A stretch of 63,989 nucleotides of DNA, counting the filler, from Phoronis australis (lineage: Eukaryota; Animalia; Phoronida): NCBI GenBank assembly GCA_002633005.1. It is 9 parts of 9 records of this genome, joined end to end, with 100 filler letters (N's around TTAATTAATTAA, not from the genome) between each part and the next. Parts side by side here need not be neighbours in the genome. Positions count along the whole stretch, not along the records: positions 1 to 26,573 come from NMRA01000294.1; 8 more parts are not named here. One strand, written 5' to 3'. The notes beneath the pieces are model-generated. The model was not told the origin of the DNA. It searched no databases and was given only the letters and a program-made list of their open reading frames with translations. This document shows, in pieces, positions 11,096 through 23,000 of this stretch; the first letter of the stretch is position 1, and each line of letters begins with the position of its first letter. The translations under genes were made by a program, and so were the position numbers.

Positions 11096-14000
11096 CCATA
11101 TTCATTCGGCTTACCGCCCACTCCCAAAATTTTCAATTTTTCATTTTTAAGCGCCCATGCTCTGCTTACCGCCCACCCACAATTTTTCATGATCGAGACT
11201 TTCTTAAAAGTGTCTGTGCTTCTGTGAAAGTTCGTCGCTGAAAACTAAGATTCCAAAACGGGCGCACATCACTTACCTTTAGAGACAATCAATCAGTTTT
11301 AGCGATACCGGGACCTTGCCTTACTATGGCGATAAAATATCCGACGGGCATATTCTCAATGCACTTTACTGAAGGAGACACAATTATTTGTTTTGGCTCA
11401 CCCGCAGAACTCGTGTTAGCATTTACTGATCACTGAGACAGCGCTTATCAAATACATTTCATGGCCAGGGAAGAACCAGCAAAGCAGTACTCGACAGGAA
11501 TTTCAAGTCCGTGGCATACCTTTATGTGAGTGCCGTGACAGTACACCAAACATCACCACCCTTACCAATAAAATGAGAAAAAAATATGAGCACACCGACA
11601 TAATTTTGGATGCATTGTTTTGTATACAAGCAGACAGGAATCATTGTGACCAGCCAACTTGTCTCACTGTTCCCTGCCCTGACTCACTTCCACATAGTCT
11701 AGACGCATTTCTGGAAAATGTGCATGTTAGAGGCATTTTTTAGTAAAAGTGGAGAACCTATCTTTTTAGCATAATTATGGTATGCTTATTTCGATTACAC
11801 CTGTTCCCAAGTTGGATTTTGAGTTTTTGACCATCTAATTTGCATAAACAAAATAGCCGCCAAACCAACAGGATAAGAAACATTCGTAAGACCAGGAGTA
11901 CAATATGTGACGAATAATTAGGAAATTTTTGCTTCAAAAACATAACGTAAGTGTGTTTAGATCACTCAAATTTAAGAGCATATTAATGAACGTCATTAAA
12001 TTCCCCAATTATGCTAATTAGCTTCCGCCATTACCAAAAAATTCAAATTTCGGTGTAACTTTATCAATTTGCAGGCAAACATGACAACTAAGGTGTCTAT
12101 ACCTATGTTTTGAAGGTCTAGAAAAATCATTATGACACATGTGAAGCTTTTTATTTCATCTTCACTAAGTNNNNNNNNNNNNNNNNNNNNNNNNNNNNNN
12201 NNNNNNNNNNNNNNNNNNNNNNNNNNNNNNNNNNNNNNNNNNNNNNNNNNNNNNNNNNNNNNNNNNNNNNNNNNNNNNNNNNNNNNNNNNNNNNNNNNNN
12301 NNNNNNNNNNNNNNNNNNNNNNNNNNNNNNNNNNNNNNNNNNNNNNNNNNNNNNNNNNNNNNNNNNNNNNNNNNNNNNNNNNNNNNNNNNNNNNNNNNNN
12401 NNNNNNNNNNNNNNNNNNNNNNNNNNNNNNNNNNNNNNNNNNNNNNNNNNNNNNNNNNNNNNNNNNNNNNNNNNNNNNNNNNNNNNNNNNNNNNNNNNNN
12501 NNNNNNNNNNNNNNNNNNNNNNNNNNNNNNNNNNNNNNNNNNNNNNNNNNNNNNNNNNNNNNNNNNNNNNNNNNNNNNNNNNNNNNNNNNNNNNNNNNNN
12601 NNNNNNNNNNNNNNNNNNNNNNNNNNNNNNNNNNNNNNNNNNNNNNNNNNNNNNNNNNNNNNNNNNNNNNNNNNNNNNNNNNNNNNNNNNNNNNNNNNNN
12701 NNNNNNNNNNNNNNNNNNNNNNNNNNNNNNNNNNNNNNNNNNNNNNNNNNNNNNNNNNNNNNNNNNNNNNNNNNNNNNNNNNNNNNNNNNNNNNNNNNNN
12801 NNNNNNNNNNNNNNNNNNNNNNNNNNNNNNNNNNNNNNNNNNNNNNNNNNNNNNNNNNNNNNNNNNNNNNNNNNNNNNNNNNNNNNNNNNNNNNNNNNNN
12901 NNNNNNNNNNNNNNNNNNNNNNNNNNNNNNNNNNNNNNNNNNNNNNNNNNNNNNNNNNNNNNNNNNNNNNNNNNNNNNNNNNNNNNNNNNNNNNNNNNNN
13001 NNNNNNNNNNNNNNNNNNNNNNNNNNNNNNNNNNNNNNNNNNNNNNNNNNNNNNNNNNNNNNNNNNNNNNNNNNNNNNNNNNNNNNNNNNNNNNNNNNNN
13101 NNNNNNNNNNNNNNNNNNNNNNNNNNNNNNNNNNNNNNNNNNNNNNNNNNNNNNNNNNNNNNNNNNNNNGGGTTCAAAGATGAGCTGGAAGTAAATTAAA
13201 TCATCTAAGGTTATGACTGACTTGAGGACTCTGAAATCCACACATGAAGAAGCAGATGCTAGACTGGTACTGCATGCTGTCCACATTCAATCGTATTTCC
13301 AGAGACACCTGATGTTCTACTGCTTCTGGTATCGCACTTCCAACAAATGCAAAGTGAGCATATCTGTATGATGTCAGGCACATCAAAGAAATGACGATAT
13401 ATACATACTGAAGCACTTTTCAACAAACTACTAAGAGACTCAACAACATCCTTGTTTGCTTTTCATGCCGTGACCGGGTTTGGCACCAACTCGTACTTTG
13501 CCAATCACATGAAACTATCATCATGGAAGGTGTTCCTAGAGCATCACAGATTGCTTAAGAACCCCTGCATTGAGCAAATTACGATGGCTTCAGAAGTATT
13601 TGTCTGCAGAATATACAACACGACCTGTAGATGTAGCACGCCATTTACTATTCTCCAACCCCGTGAACCCAGAAGTCCTTCCCCCTCACCCATAATGCCC
13701 GCCGTTTCCATCTGATGAAAGTGCACTATCAGGTCAAGGTATGGCGAAATGATCATTGTTCCATACCTGAGCTCCCAGCACCTTCTGATATGGGGGGACA
13801 CACACTAACTTATGCTTGCAGTCCATACTGATGACACAGAGTTCTATCCCAGACAGGTGCCTAGAGATGGTATTGTGTGCACGCCAGAAACAACGCAACA
13901 GTAGACAATGCATATCATTATGCTCATGCCAGCAGCACATTCCTTGTATGCAAACAGTTTGATTTGCCTGGCTTTAGGCATGTTAAAAAGTACAAAAAAG

Positions 14001-15544
14001 TGAATGCTAAAACTGTGTTTAGCAGGCCTGAAAATAATTCATGCAAATGAGAATTTAATGTCTTCAATAACAACAACTATATTGATTTTTTATGAATGGA
14101 AGATAACGGGATAGTGAAAAACATTTGTCCTATATTCCATCAAACTAGTGACACCTTGCTTGACGAGCATTGCAGATTAATGACTATTTTTTCCCCATTC
14201 TGAAAGTATACATCTGTAACCCAATAAATATGAAATAAATTGCTCCAAAAATGTCTTTAGCATGTTTGTTGACCATGAAAATATAAGTATAAACAACTCA
14301 TTTTTCAACTTAGCCTGCAGGAACACAAATTTTAGACGCAAATTACATTGTATGGTAATGGCGGCACCTAATTTGCATAATTAGTTTTCAGAGTTGCATT
14401 TTTTAGTTTTTTAGTATTCATAAGTGATGTATTGCTCAAGAAGTATTTATAAGAAGTGTACAGGTGAGACATTTCACCATTTTAAATGGTATATGGTGAT
14501 TTCTATTACAAAAGTACATCGGAACTTGACAATTTGGCCGCCATTTTGCTTATGCAAATTAGATGGTCAAAAATGCAAAATTCGGCTTGGGAACAGGTTT
14601 AGTTGAATTCGCCATACCTTGATTGTGTGAAAAAGTCTTGTTCCCAACTTTTACTAAAAAATGCTTCTAGAACCTTATACAGGGCTCTTTTCAGGAAATG
14701 CGTCTAGACTAACACCAAAATGGAAGCACCCAACCAACAGCAACAGGGCAAGAAATCAACTTGTCATTAAGCGCTAGTTGAAAACAGTCTCTATCCACAT
14801 ATACGTTGTCAAAAACTTATTTTTTGAACTCTTGATTTGCCTGATGTCTTTTTACATGATGTGTTTTTGCTTCATTATTTTTGCAGCCAACCTAGCATCC
14901 CTATTGCCTAATAGAGGTATGGTGGGATTGTTGAGCAGGTGCTTTGAACAAGAGGTTCAATTCAGAAAGAAATATACAATGTATATAAAATCTTTCATTT
15001 TTCAAACTAGGTTCAAAGCATTTTAACATTTTTAAAAGAACTGAGACCTGTCAATCATTAGCACGAGTTTTGGTTGCCAAAGTGTCTAGGGAACAAATCT
15101 ACAAAATCAAGTGCTTCCCTTCTACATACGGGGTGCACTAGCGGAGTTTTGCTTGATCTGCCTTTTCTCTCAAGAAACTTGCCCTACTGAATGCACGCCT
15201 ACCTGTAGGAATACCTTAGTTCTAAAAGATGACGAGCAGTGATGGAAGTATTTAAAAAACTCAATCACGCTCGGGATCACGGCGCCAATGTGGCGAGTGT
15301 GCTATTCCACTTCAGAGAGTCAAAGTTCGTTACTCCAATCCGCCGACGTATATTTGAACTGCTACTCTTGAAGTCTGACGTCAGTGTAGTTCCGTGAGGG
15401 TAAAATCGGTCCTACGTGCAGCAAGCACCCACTACTGACTTTTCAAAAATTTCGTTTTGAACCGCCCATGCTTGGCATACCGCCCAGCCCGTTTTTTCAG
15501 ATTCCCAGTTTAAGCACCCTGAGCGATAACCCTGACGAATACAG
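11096..15544. mobile_element. pogo/Tc1-mariner-like non-autonomous element with TA flanks, host of a nested Academ insertion
   Basis: Left end ta|ccatattcattcggcttaccgccca versus right end (reverse complement) ta|ctgtattcgtcagggttatcgctca; subterminal accgccca repeats at both ends. Confidence 0.55.
11695..14711 (+). mobile_element. Academ (AcademX-like) DNA transposon remnant
   Basis: TIRs tagtctagacgcattt...aaatgcgtctagacta with long subterminal similarity, and a perfect 3-bp TSD aca (11692-94 and 14712-14). The internal 13170-13950 region translates to HEEADARLVLHA..DTDVLLLL..AFHAVTG..F..K..WK, the XPG/FEN1-like nuclease motif set, with stops and frameshifts. Confidence 0.8.
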
Positions 15545-16042
15545 TAATTATACTTCTCATGCAATATTATTCTCATGTACATAGCTAACCCAAGTTGTAC
15601 TGTATCTGTATTATAACAATGATATAAATGTTAAATAAATGACATGTTCATCCTACATAAAATCTCCACGTAACACAAGTATTCAATGTTTCATCAAATG
15701 TCTAAAACATGAATTTAATTGTAATTTTTCTTAACTCTTAGCCATGGTTGCTCAAACCTCTCGTTTTCCCTGGCAAAATAACTTTCAACAACCTAAAAAT
15801 GAAAGTCTTTATTAGTTAATGTCAATGTCCAACAAAAATTCAAAGTGACAAATGAAAGACATGTGACATAATTTCTTCATATACAATTATCAAATCTTTA
15901 TTGTTTATCAAGAAAAGTTTTTTATAAATGCATTAAATGAATGCAACTTGACGTTTTGCCTATGTAATAATTTTGTACCTGTCCAATAGATTTAAAGTTA
16001 CAACCTTGAAATATGTATTAAACAAAACATTTGTTTACTAAC

Positions 16043-16181
16043 CCTTCCTTGGGTGTGCTTCCAAAAGAGTGCACTCTTGTCTTCCAAGAGTTGAGTAGAC
16101 TTTGACTTTGAATGTGACGGAACTTCCCTCGCAGTTGTCTGTGGCAACAACATAGACATTTCTGAACAATATTATGTTGGC
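16043..16181 (-). pseudogene. Pseudogene exon (ANIILFRNVYVVATDNCEGSSVTFKVKVYSTLGRQECTLLEAHPRK)
   Basis: Strong ttttttcttctcag| acceptor and G|gttagt donor; open frame, phase 0-1. Confidence 0.65.
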
Positions 16182-16679
16182 CTGAGAAGAAAAAAATAAT
16201 GATTTAAAATTATTAATAAAAGGAGACATAAAAAACAAGGGAAGATAAGTTTTAAGTTCACATGAACTATAGACATTATTTTTTTGCCGAACAACTTAAC
16301 GTGTCTAAATCTTTCAACCACATGACGCAATTTCTGAAAAATCAGTTACTTTTTGTTTTATTTTAAACTTTACAATTATAAACTGCATTCAGCTTTCGTA
16401 ACAAATGTTCAAGTTAGAATCTAATAAATAGTCATTGAAGTTGTAAATGTTTATAAATAGCTAAGTCAGCAGGGCTTCCTGACATGCGTTAGCACTGAGT
16501 TGACCTTGAGACAGCACAAATAGACAGCCTCACAGCAATTCTTGAGTTGAGATTCGTCTCCATTTGAATGAATGCGGATATGGAATTCGCCACCGTAGAC
16601 AGGTCCCTTTAAGAAGTTGTTTGCAGGTCCTTCCAACTTGGAGTCAGTACATTTGATTGGTCAATCACAACCTCATTAC

Positions 16680-16946
16680 CTTCATGGAATTTCGGCATGT
16701 TTGGTTGGCGTGTGTTTGGTTGTAGGTATTGGCGTTTTGCAGACGATGCAATGTATAGGTGTATGGATTCCTACTTTGCACTACTTTGTGATTCGCCCAT
16801 GTAATATCAAACAATTATTTTTTCGGTGTTATATTAACCAGTCGTGCCATAACACATTCCAGGTCATGTGAGAAATAGTCTGGCTACAGGGAGGGTGGAC
16901 GAAGACTGAGTGAAACTGCCAAAGGTGCCCCCAGTCCACTAACAAG
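16680..16946 (-). pseudogene. Pseudogene exon with two in-frame stops
   Basis: ctcag| acceptor and AAG|gtaatg donor; 267 nt, phase 0-0; LVSGLGAPLAVSLSLRPPSL*PDYFSHDLECVMARLVNITPKK*LFDITW...NSMK. Confidence 0.55.
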
Positions 16947-17129
16947 CTGAGACAATTTTGTAAAAAGTTGTTAGTTATTAGTTGCTTATTTTTATGAAGA
17001 TATTTTATCTTAGTTTTTGTTCACTCATATATTGTAAGTACTTTTTACCTTAGTTCTTTCCTATTGATAAAGTATTAAAGAACAAGAGCTTTTTCTTATT
17101 GTTAGTCACAGCTGCACATGCAATATTCC

Positions 17130-17436
17130 TATGTTGGGCCTGTAAAGAAAACATTAATGGTCCAATAATAGTACTGTACTGGCTCACCACTGCACTTTCA
17201 TTGGCCTAATATGGATCCAACAGTGCATCGATACTGGGCCTTTATGGAGCTGAAACCGATTGTGCTGTATTGGCCCAATAATGGCCTGGTACTGGCCGTA
17301 TATAGCCACTCAGTACCGGCCTAGTGCCACACGGAACTGCAAAATGTTATTGGGCCAGTACTGGCCAACAAAATTGGGCCAATACAGAAGACAGTTCAGG
17401 AGCATTGTTGGCCCATTAACTGCATGTTTACTGGGT
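17130..17436. mobile_element. MITE-like repeat built from ttggcccaata/tactggcc units
   Basis: Many short palindromic ggcc subrepeats, ending tgtttactggg. Confidence 0.5.
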
Positions 17437-18572
17437 GATGGGCCAGTGGGGAACATAGCTGTCAATATCACTTTGACAGTGGCAAACCAATGTTTGCATA
17501 GTCCAGCTCTCTTAATGTCTGCGCTTTTGTCTGATAAGTTCATGTAATCCAGCAATTATGTTGTAAACAGCCTGACTGACCCTAACCTTTATTTCAAAAT
17601 ACCATTTGCAAACGACTTTCAACAAATGTCGTGAAGCAGATGCATTTTGTATGAAATTCGTTCACAAAAAACTTTGAATGGAGAAAAAATGATTGACTGG
17701 CAATGAAATTAGACCAACTTCCATCCTTTGAGTGACTGTAAGTTCTAACCACCTTAACCACAGTATTGTGTATCAACACAAAAGGCTTGCATGATAAGTT
17801 TAATCCACAGGGATTCCAGATTAGACTGTGATAGTCGAAATTTCTTGATTTTTACACTCCAGGGGAATGGTGCCGTACAAACGAGGACTTGAGGTGCTGT
17901 TTTGAAAAGATATGATTTTTGGTGGTCTTACATGTGATTTCCTGCAATGCATGATAGGTACAGTAAAGGTTCCTTGAATTCGAAAAAAATAGTTGCTAAA
18001 ATTATATTTTTGTTTTCAAGAGCTTGCTGCATTGTTGAAAATGTTCAAAATTTCATCATGTGTTAGCTGGTTAATAAAACAATATTTCCTTGTCGTTTGT
18101 TATTGCCACTAAAGAAAATTTGGCAATGCTGTTATTTTGCATTTGAAATTGAAGAAACACCAAGAAAAAAATAATTATAACAAATGAAAAAACTAGCATA
18201 AAATGTACTGTCACCTTTACAAGTTTTGTGTTTTTCCATTTCTTCACAAAGACGCGTGTTCATGAATTCACATCACTGATATAACAGGAATAAGGGGCTC
18301 TAGGATGTATCATAGTGGTGATAACCCGGATTGTTCTCAAACTAAGACTGAGTGAAGCTCGTGACGTACTATCGCCCCTGTATGCCTGTGGCATCCAGGC
18401 CGATGCAATTGCCTAACAGGGGCAATTATAGTACATCCCCATAAAAAGTTACGCATTTCAAAATACAGCAAATAAGATCAAATGAAACATGCATAAATGC
18501 ACATGGAGTTATAACTGACACATACCATGACTCTGATTACAATTTAGTCAGCATAACTTGAAAATATCCATG

Positions 18573-20083
18573 ACAAGAGCAACGCAGAGCGTTGAAGTGC
18601 GCCCACAATTGCACCGTATATACGGTATCCTTCTAGGGTTGTTTATTGGTTCCATAAAGTGGCCAGTAGAGAGCATATATGTAGTATGTTGTACTTTGCA
18701 AAATGGAAAGGCATGGTCATTGTCTCCTCAATAGGCTAGGTTTCAAAATGTGAGTGATCTTCATAATACAAGCACATCCTATGCATCAGTTGCTTAAAGC
18801 ACCACAGAAACATAGAATTAAAAACAAATTTACCAACATACGAGATTAGCACAGCATTAGAATGCCAGAAACAAATTTCTACTTGGAACTTTTCCTTCAT
18901 AGTCACGAAGTAACACAAAGTATACACCTGAAGACCTATGAAAATACAGAGGTCAATGTGAAATATTTAAATTGCCACTAGAGGCATACCGGTAGTCAGA
19001 ATCATCCTAAAGTCGTCATCGTCCGTTGTCAACATCACATAAATACACTTGCTAAATTTAGTAAAGATCCTGCAAACGGTTTGGGAGATACAGCCATGGG
19101 CGCAAAAAAAACTGCCACTAGGAGGCGCCACAGTAATCAAAGTCATGGGAAATTCAGCGTCAACCGTCCTCTTCATAGTAAGAACATACATGCCAATTTT
19201 CACAATCATACTTAGAGCGGTTTGGTTGATAGAGGGGTGGACGCCAAAAAACAGACTCAAAAACAGTAAAAATGGCCACTGGGTGTCGCAAACTAGGTCG
19301 AATCCATCCGAAAACGGGAGAATAGCGTCATCGCACTAATAGGTGCCTACATACCAAATTTCATGAAAATCCGTTAAGGACTTGTGAAGATACAGAGGTA
19401 AACGTAAAAAAATAAAATTGCCACTAGGGGGCACACTGGTAGGCGGATCCGTCCAAAAGTCGTCATCGTCTGTTGTTAACATCATATAAATACACTTATT
19501 AAATTTCGTAAAGATCCTGCGAACGGTTTAGGAGATACAGCCATAGGCGCAAAAAAAAAAAAACTGCCACTAGGAGGCGCCACAGTAGTCCAAATCGTCG
19601 GAAAATCATTGTCAGCTGTCTTCTTTATAGTAAGCACATACATGCCAATTTTCACAATCATCCTTTGAGCGGTTTGGTTGATAGAGGGGTGGACGCACAA
19701 AAACAGACTCGAAAACACTAAAAATGGCCACTAGGTGGCGCAAACTATGTCGAATCCATCTGAAAACGGGAGGATAGCGTCATCTCACTAATAGGTGCCT
19801 ACATACCAAATTTCATGAAAATCCAATAAGGACTTGTGAAGATACAAAGGTAAGCGTAAAAAAATTAAAATTGCCACTAGGGGGCACACCGGTAGTCGGA
19901 TACGTCCGAAAGTTCGCACATGCCGTCCCATGCATGAATGGAACTTATGTGCCAAATTTCATGAACATATGTCAACGGGTTTTGGAGATAGAGCAGCGGA
20001 CGCCGGACGCCGGATGGACGCCGCCCGTACGGACGGACGGAGATGACGGCATAATGCGTCCACATATAAATATGTGGGCGCAT
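18573..20083 (+). mobile_element. Helentron/DINE-1-like non-autonomous element with internal ~450-bp tandem repeats
   Basis: Sub-terminal inverted repeat tgcgcccaca (18598) / tgtgggcgca (20073), 3' hairpin 20055-20082, (CGGA)n tract, repeat units at ~18970, 19416 and 19869. An empty-site paralog at ~54700-54770 shows insertion into an A-run with no TSD. Confidence 0.7.
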
Positions 20084-23000
20084 AAAAATCTGTCGCGGTT
20101 CGCTTGAATTTCTCTCACTGGGTGCCATTTTGAGGAAGTTGCGAGATATCACGCCTGTTAACAAACAAAAAGTCCAAGGGACACAAAACTCACCAATTCC
20201 ACCTCATGCCGTGATTAATGCGCTTACACGAAAGTCACGCATTTCTAAAGATATGTGTGACTTTTCACTGCTCGTCCTTCTGAGCAGCTTTTACCAGGAT
20301 CAAAGGGAGTGCTGCGCCAGATTCAGACTGAGTTACGATGACCGCTTTGTCCGGTGCGAGCAAGACTCAATTAAGAGTAATTACCCAACCATAAACTAGT
20401 AAACATCTCTACCTGTATATACTGGCGAATTTTCAAAATGCATTAAGTAACAGTTTTCGTTAAAAACAAATATCACAGCAGTATTCAGATGGAAAAAACA
20501 ACCAAGTTTGGTTTTCGATTTTTAAAAATCACTGAACTATTAAGCTAAATACTACGAACATTGGGTATGATTGGAGACAAACGACTGTGGGTATTGACAT
20601 ACTCAGTGGATTTACAAATGCTGATCAGAGTTAACAATATCACATGGATTATTCTTTTAACATACAACTAAGCTTCACTGAAACATCTATAAACAACACA
20701 CAGTGACTAAATTAGATCTCAATAACTTTTAAATCATCGCTTATGGTCCAGGGCATGCCGAACTACTTTACTCGAGGAGTACACTAACCGGACAACTGAT
20801 ATTCACGGAAATGCGCCAATTTCGATAGTTAGCTTGTAGTAGTAATGGAACACGTGTGAAGACAAGAAGATGGATAGCTTTGTAGCCAACGAGAGAGTGC
20901 AAACAGTGGATCTGGTTGGTCGGTGGGCAAGAGCTGTGATTTCATTTTTTATGACTCGGGAAAAGCTAGAATCAGTTATGTAGTTACAGCAACCAAAATT
21001 CGTCCAGAGGTTCTAAATCCTCAGTTTGGCTATCACCATATTTGTGCTTTTGTATATATTTTATGGTTTGAGTTCTAATAAAGATTGAACTTGAACTAAT
21101 CACGTGTGTAGTTTTGTTTGCTGTAACATGTGTGGTGTAGCTTTAATATGGAAAAGTCAGGGATAGGTTCACAATTAACTGACTTTTAAGTTGTTTTGAT
21201 ACTTCCTTCAAAAACAAAATAAAAAGATAGCAAACCTAACAGGTAAGAAAAAAACAAGTAGACAGGAGTATTAAAAATAAAGTAACGAAAACAGGTATGA
21301 CACATATTTAAAACCAACGTTCCATTGGGATCGAAGTGCTCCTTTGTCAAGATCAACATGCCATAAACATTCCCACTAAACGAGGTGACGTCAAACTCCA
21401 CTGATAAGGGAAAACTGTGGGGTTTGGCAGATTGAACTAGACCGTACTTATCCATCTTGGCTGTGTCGCACTCAGCTCATGATCAAAGGGATCCCGTCTA
21501 GCTGCTCTATTCATCGAGTCACCAACAAGGATAATTGACTTCGCTCATGCCGATACGATCAGCTGATTACAATCTAGCCTAGATGACCATACTTTATCTG
21601 GAGAGCATTTTACGTAGTTTTGAGTGTAATATTTGAAAAGAGGAGCGAAAAAATGATGGTTCAACTTTGAATTTTTCAAATCAGCCTAGGATAAAATTTT
21701 GCAACAAAGCAACACTCATGATTACTTCCACTAGCACAAGTACAAAAATATAGGACCCAAGTTAGGACAGTATAAATGTAGACCTACTCGGTGTGTTATT
21801 TAGTTTTTGAAGACATATGCAAAATAAGTTTATGATAGCTATTACAAGCTCTAAAACGACATTGTATTAAATTTCATTGTTTTCATTCATTGTCATAACG
21901 TCAAATCGGAGATTTCATGTGATTCACTGTGAGTGCACGTATGAATACAAAACACGGGATCCGCGGGAAGTATTGTCGATATTTTCCTGACGTACTTCGA
22001 ACAAACTTTATTGACAAGAACACGATAAAACGAATTTGGATTTAGACTATAGTCTTCATACAGCTAGCTGCTTGACTAGGTACCACTGCCTGTGTGTATC
22101 TCCGCTAGACCCCAAAACTTCACACCGCCCGGGTAGTTCTACTCGTCACCTCGTCGTGAAGAACTTGACCAGTGTTAAAAGCACGTGGCCAGAAGCGTGC
22201 GCTGTCATCAAACACATTAGTCGGGAACTATCTATTCATGAAACGATGGCATAGCATCGCCAGATATATTGGCACTCTTATCCGAAAGTTTCTAATACCG
22301 TAAAAAACTTTTACGATATTTTTAAGAATTATTTAGTTAATCACGATTGGTGTTTTTAAAGTCAAAATGACACACTGATAGTGAACACTAACACCCCGAA
22401 TCTCCCGAAAAATATGTGTTAGACTGTCACGTATCCAGTCACCCTTACCGAGACAATTCTCGAACGTTTTTAGCAGATGAGACCAGCAAGTGCTAAATAA
22501 AACACGTTCTGCTATACTGCTCGAGTCAATTTCTTTAGTTGTAATACACACCTAGATCGTTACATTGCGTTTACTCTGGCTAATGAACTCTAATGACACG
22601 CACGCACTCGCTCACTCACACCTACTGGTTCCTAGCTCACACACATACGCAGACGAACTTCAAAACAAACGTCACGTGACAGCATGTATATGTTCGTCCA
22701 TAGATTTTTCTCGTGTTGCGAGTTACGATGTAACGCACATTTGGATTTAATCTGCATTTTATCCCGACTCTACAGGAGCTTAAAAATCACAGGGATGTTA
22801 CTTGGAAAACTTAAGGAGGATTTCAGAAAATTTGAGTCGAAATTGTATTTTTATTCTAGAATTCAAATTTGCCCTATCAACGATCCCGAGGCAGCGACAC
22901 ATCAGTTGGCAAGTTTGCGCCCTGGGATTTCAGCACATTTTTTTAAAAATGATCGTAATTTCGTAAGGAAGTTTGATAGCAATGCACCACAATTTTTTAG

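Larger units (their letters stand above)
4625..16946 (-). pseudogene. Spliced pseudogene for a protein with a C-terminal MBT (malignant brain tumour) repeat
   Basis: Exons with AG/GT boundaries: 16946-16680, 16181-16043, 10922-10743, 9838-(gap at 9508), 8880-8770, 8223-8127, 5249-5073, 4701-4625. Phases agree at every junction not interrupted by the gap. The last three exons read PFEKGQSASVDSIFTTV-EDINWEKEI*IYFDGWTDTYTCWTTFEDVDIHPIGWMD..QPPNK-YKKHFTWKSYLKEVNAEPIPYSFF, matching the MBT motifs FDGW, IHPxGW and FxWxxYL. There are multiple in-frame stops. Confidence 0.75.

Noticed and set aside
8908-13286. Long ORFs of 199-387 aa in the ORF track
   Set aside because: They consist of X residues translated from N gaps.
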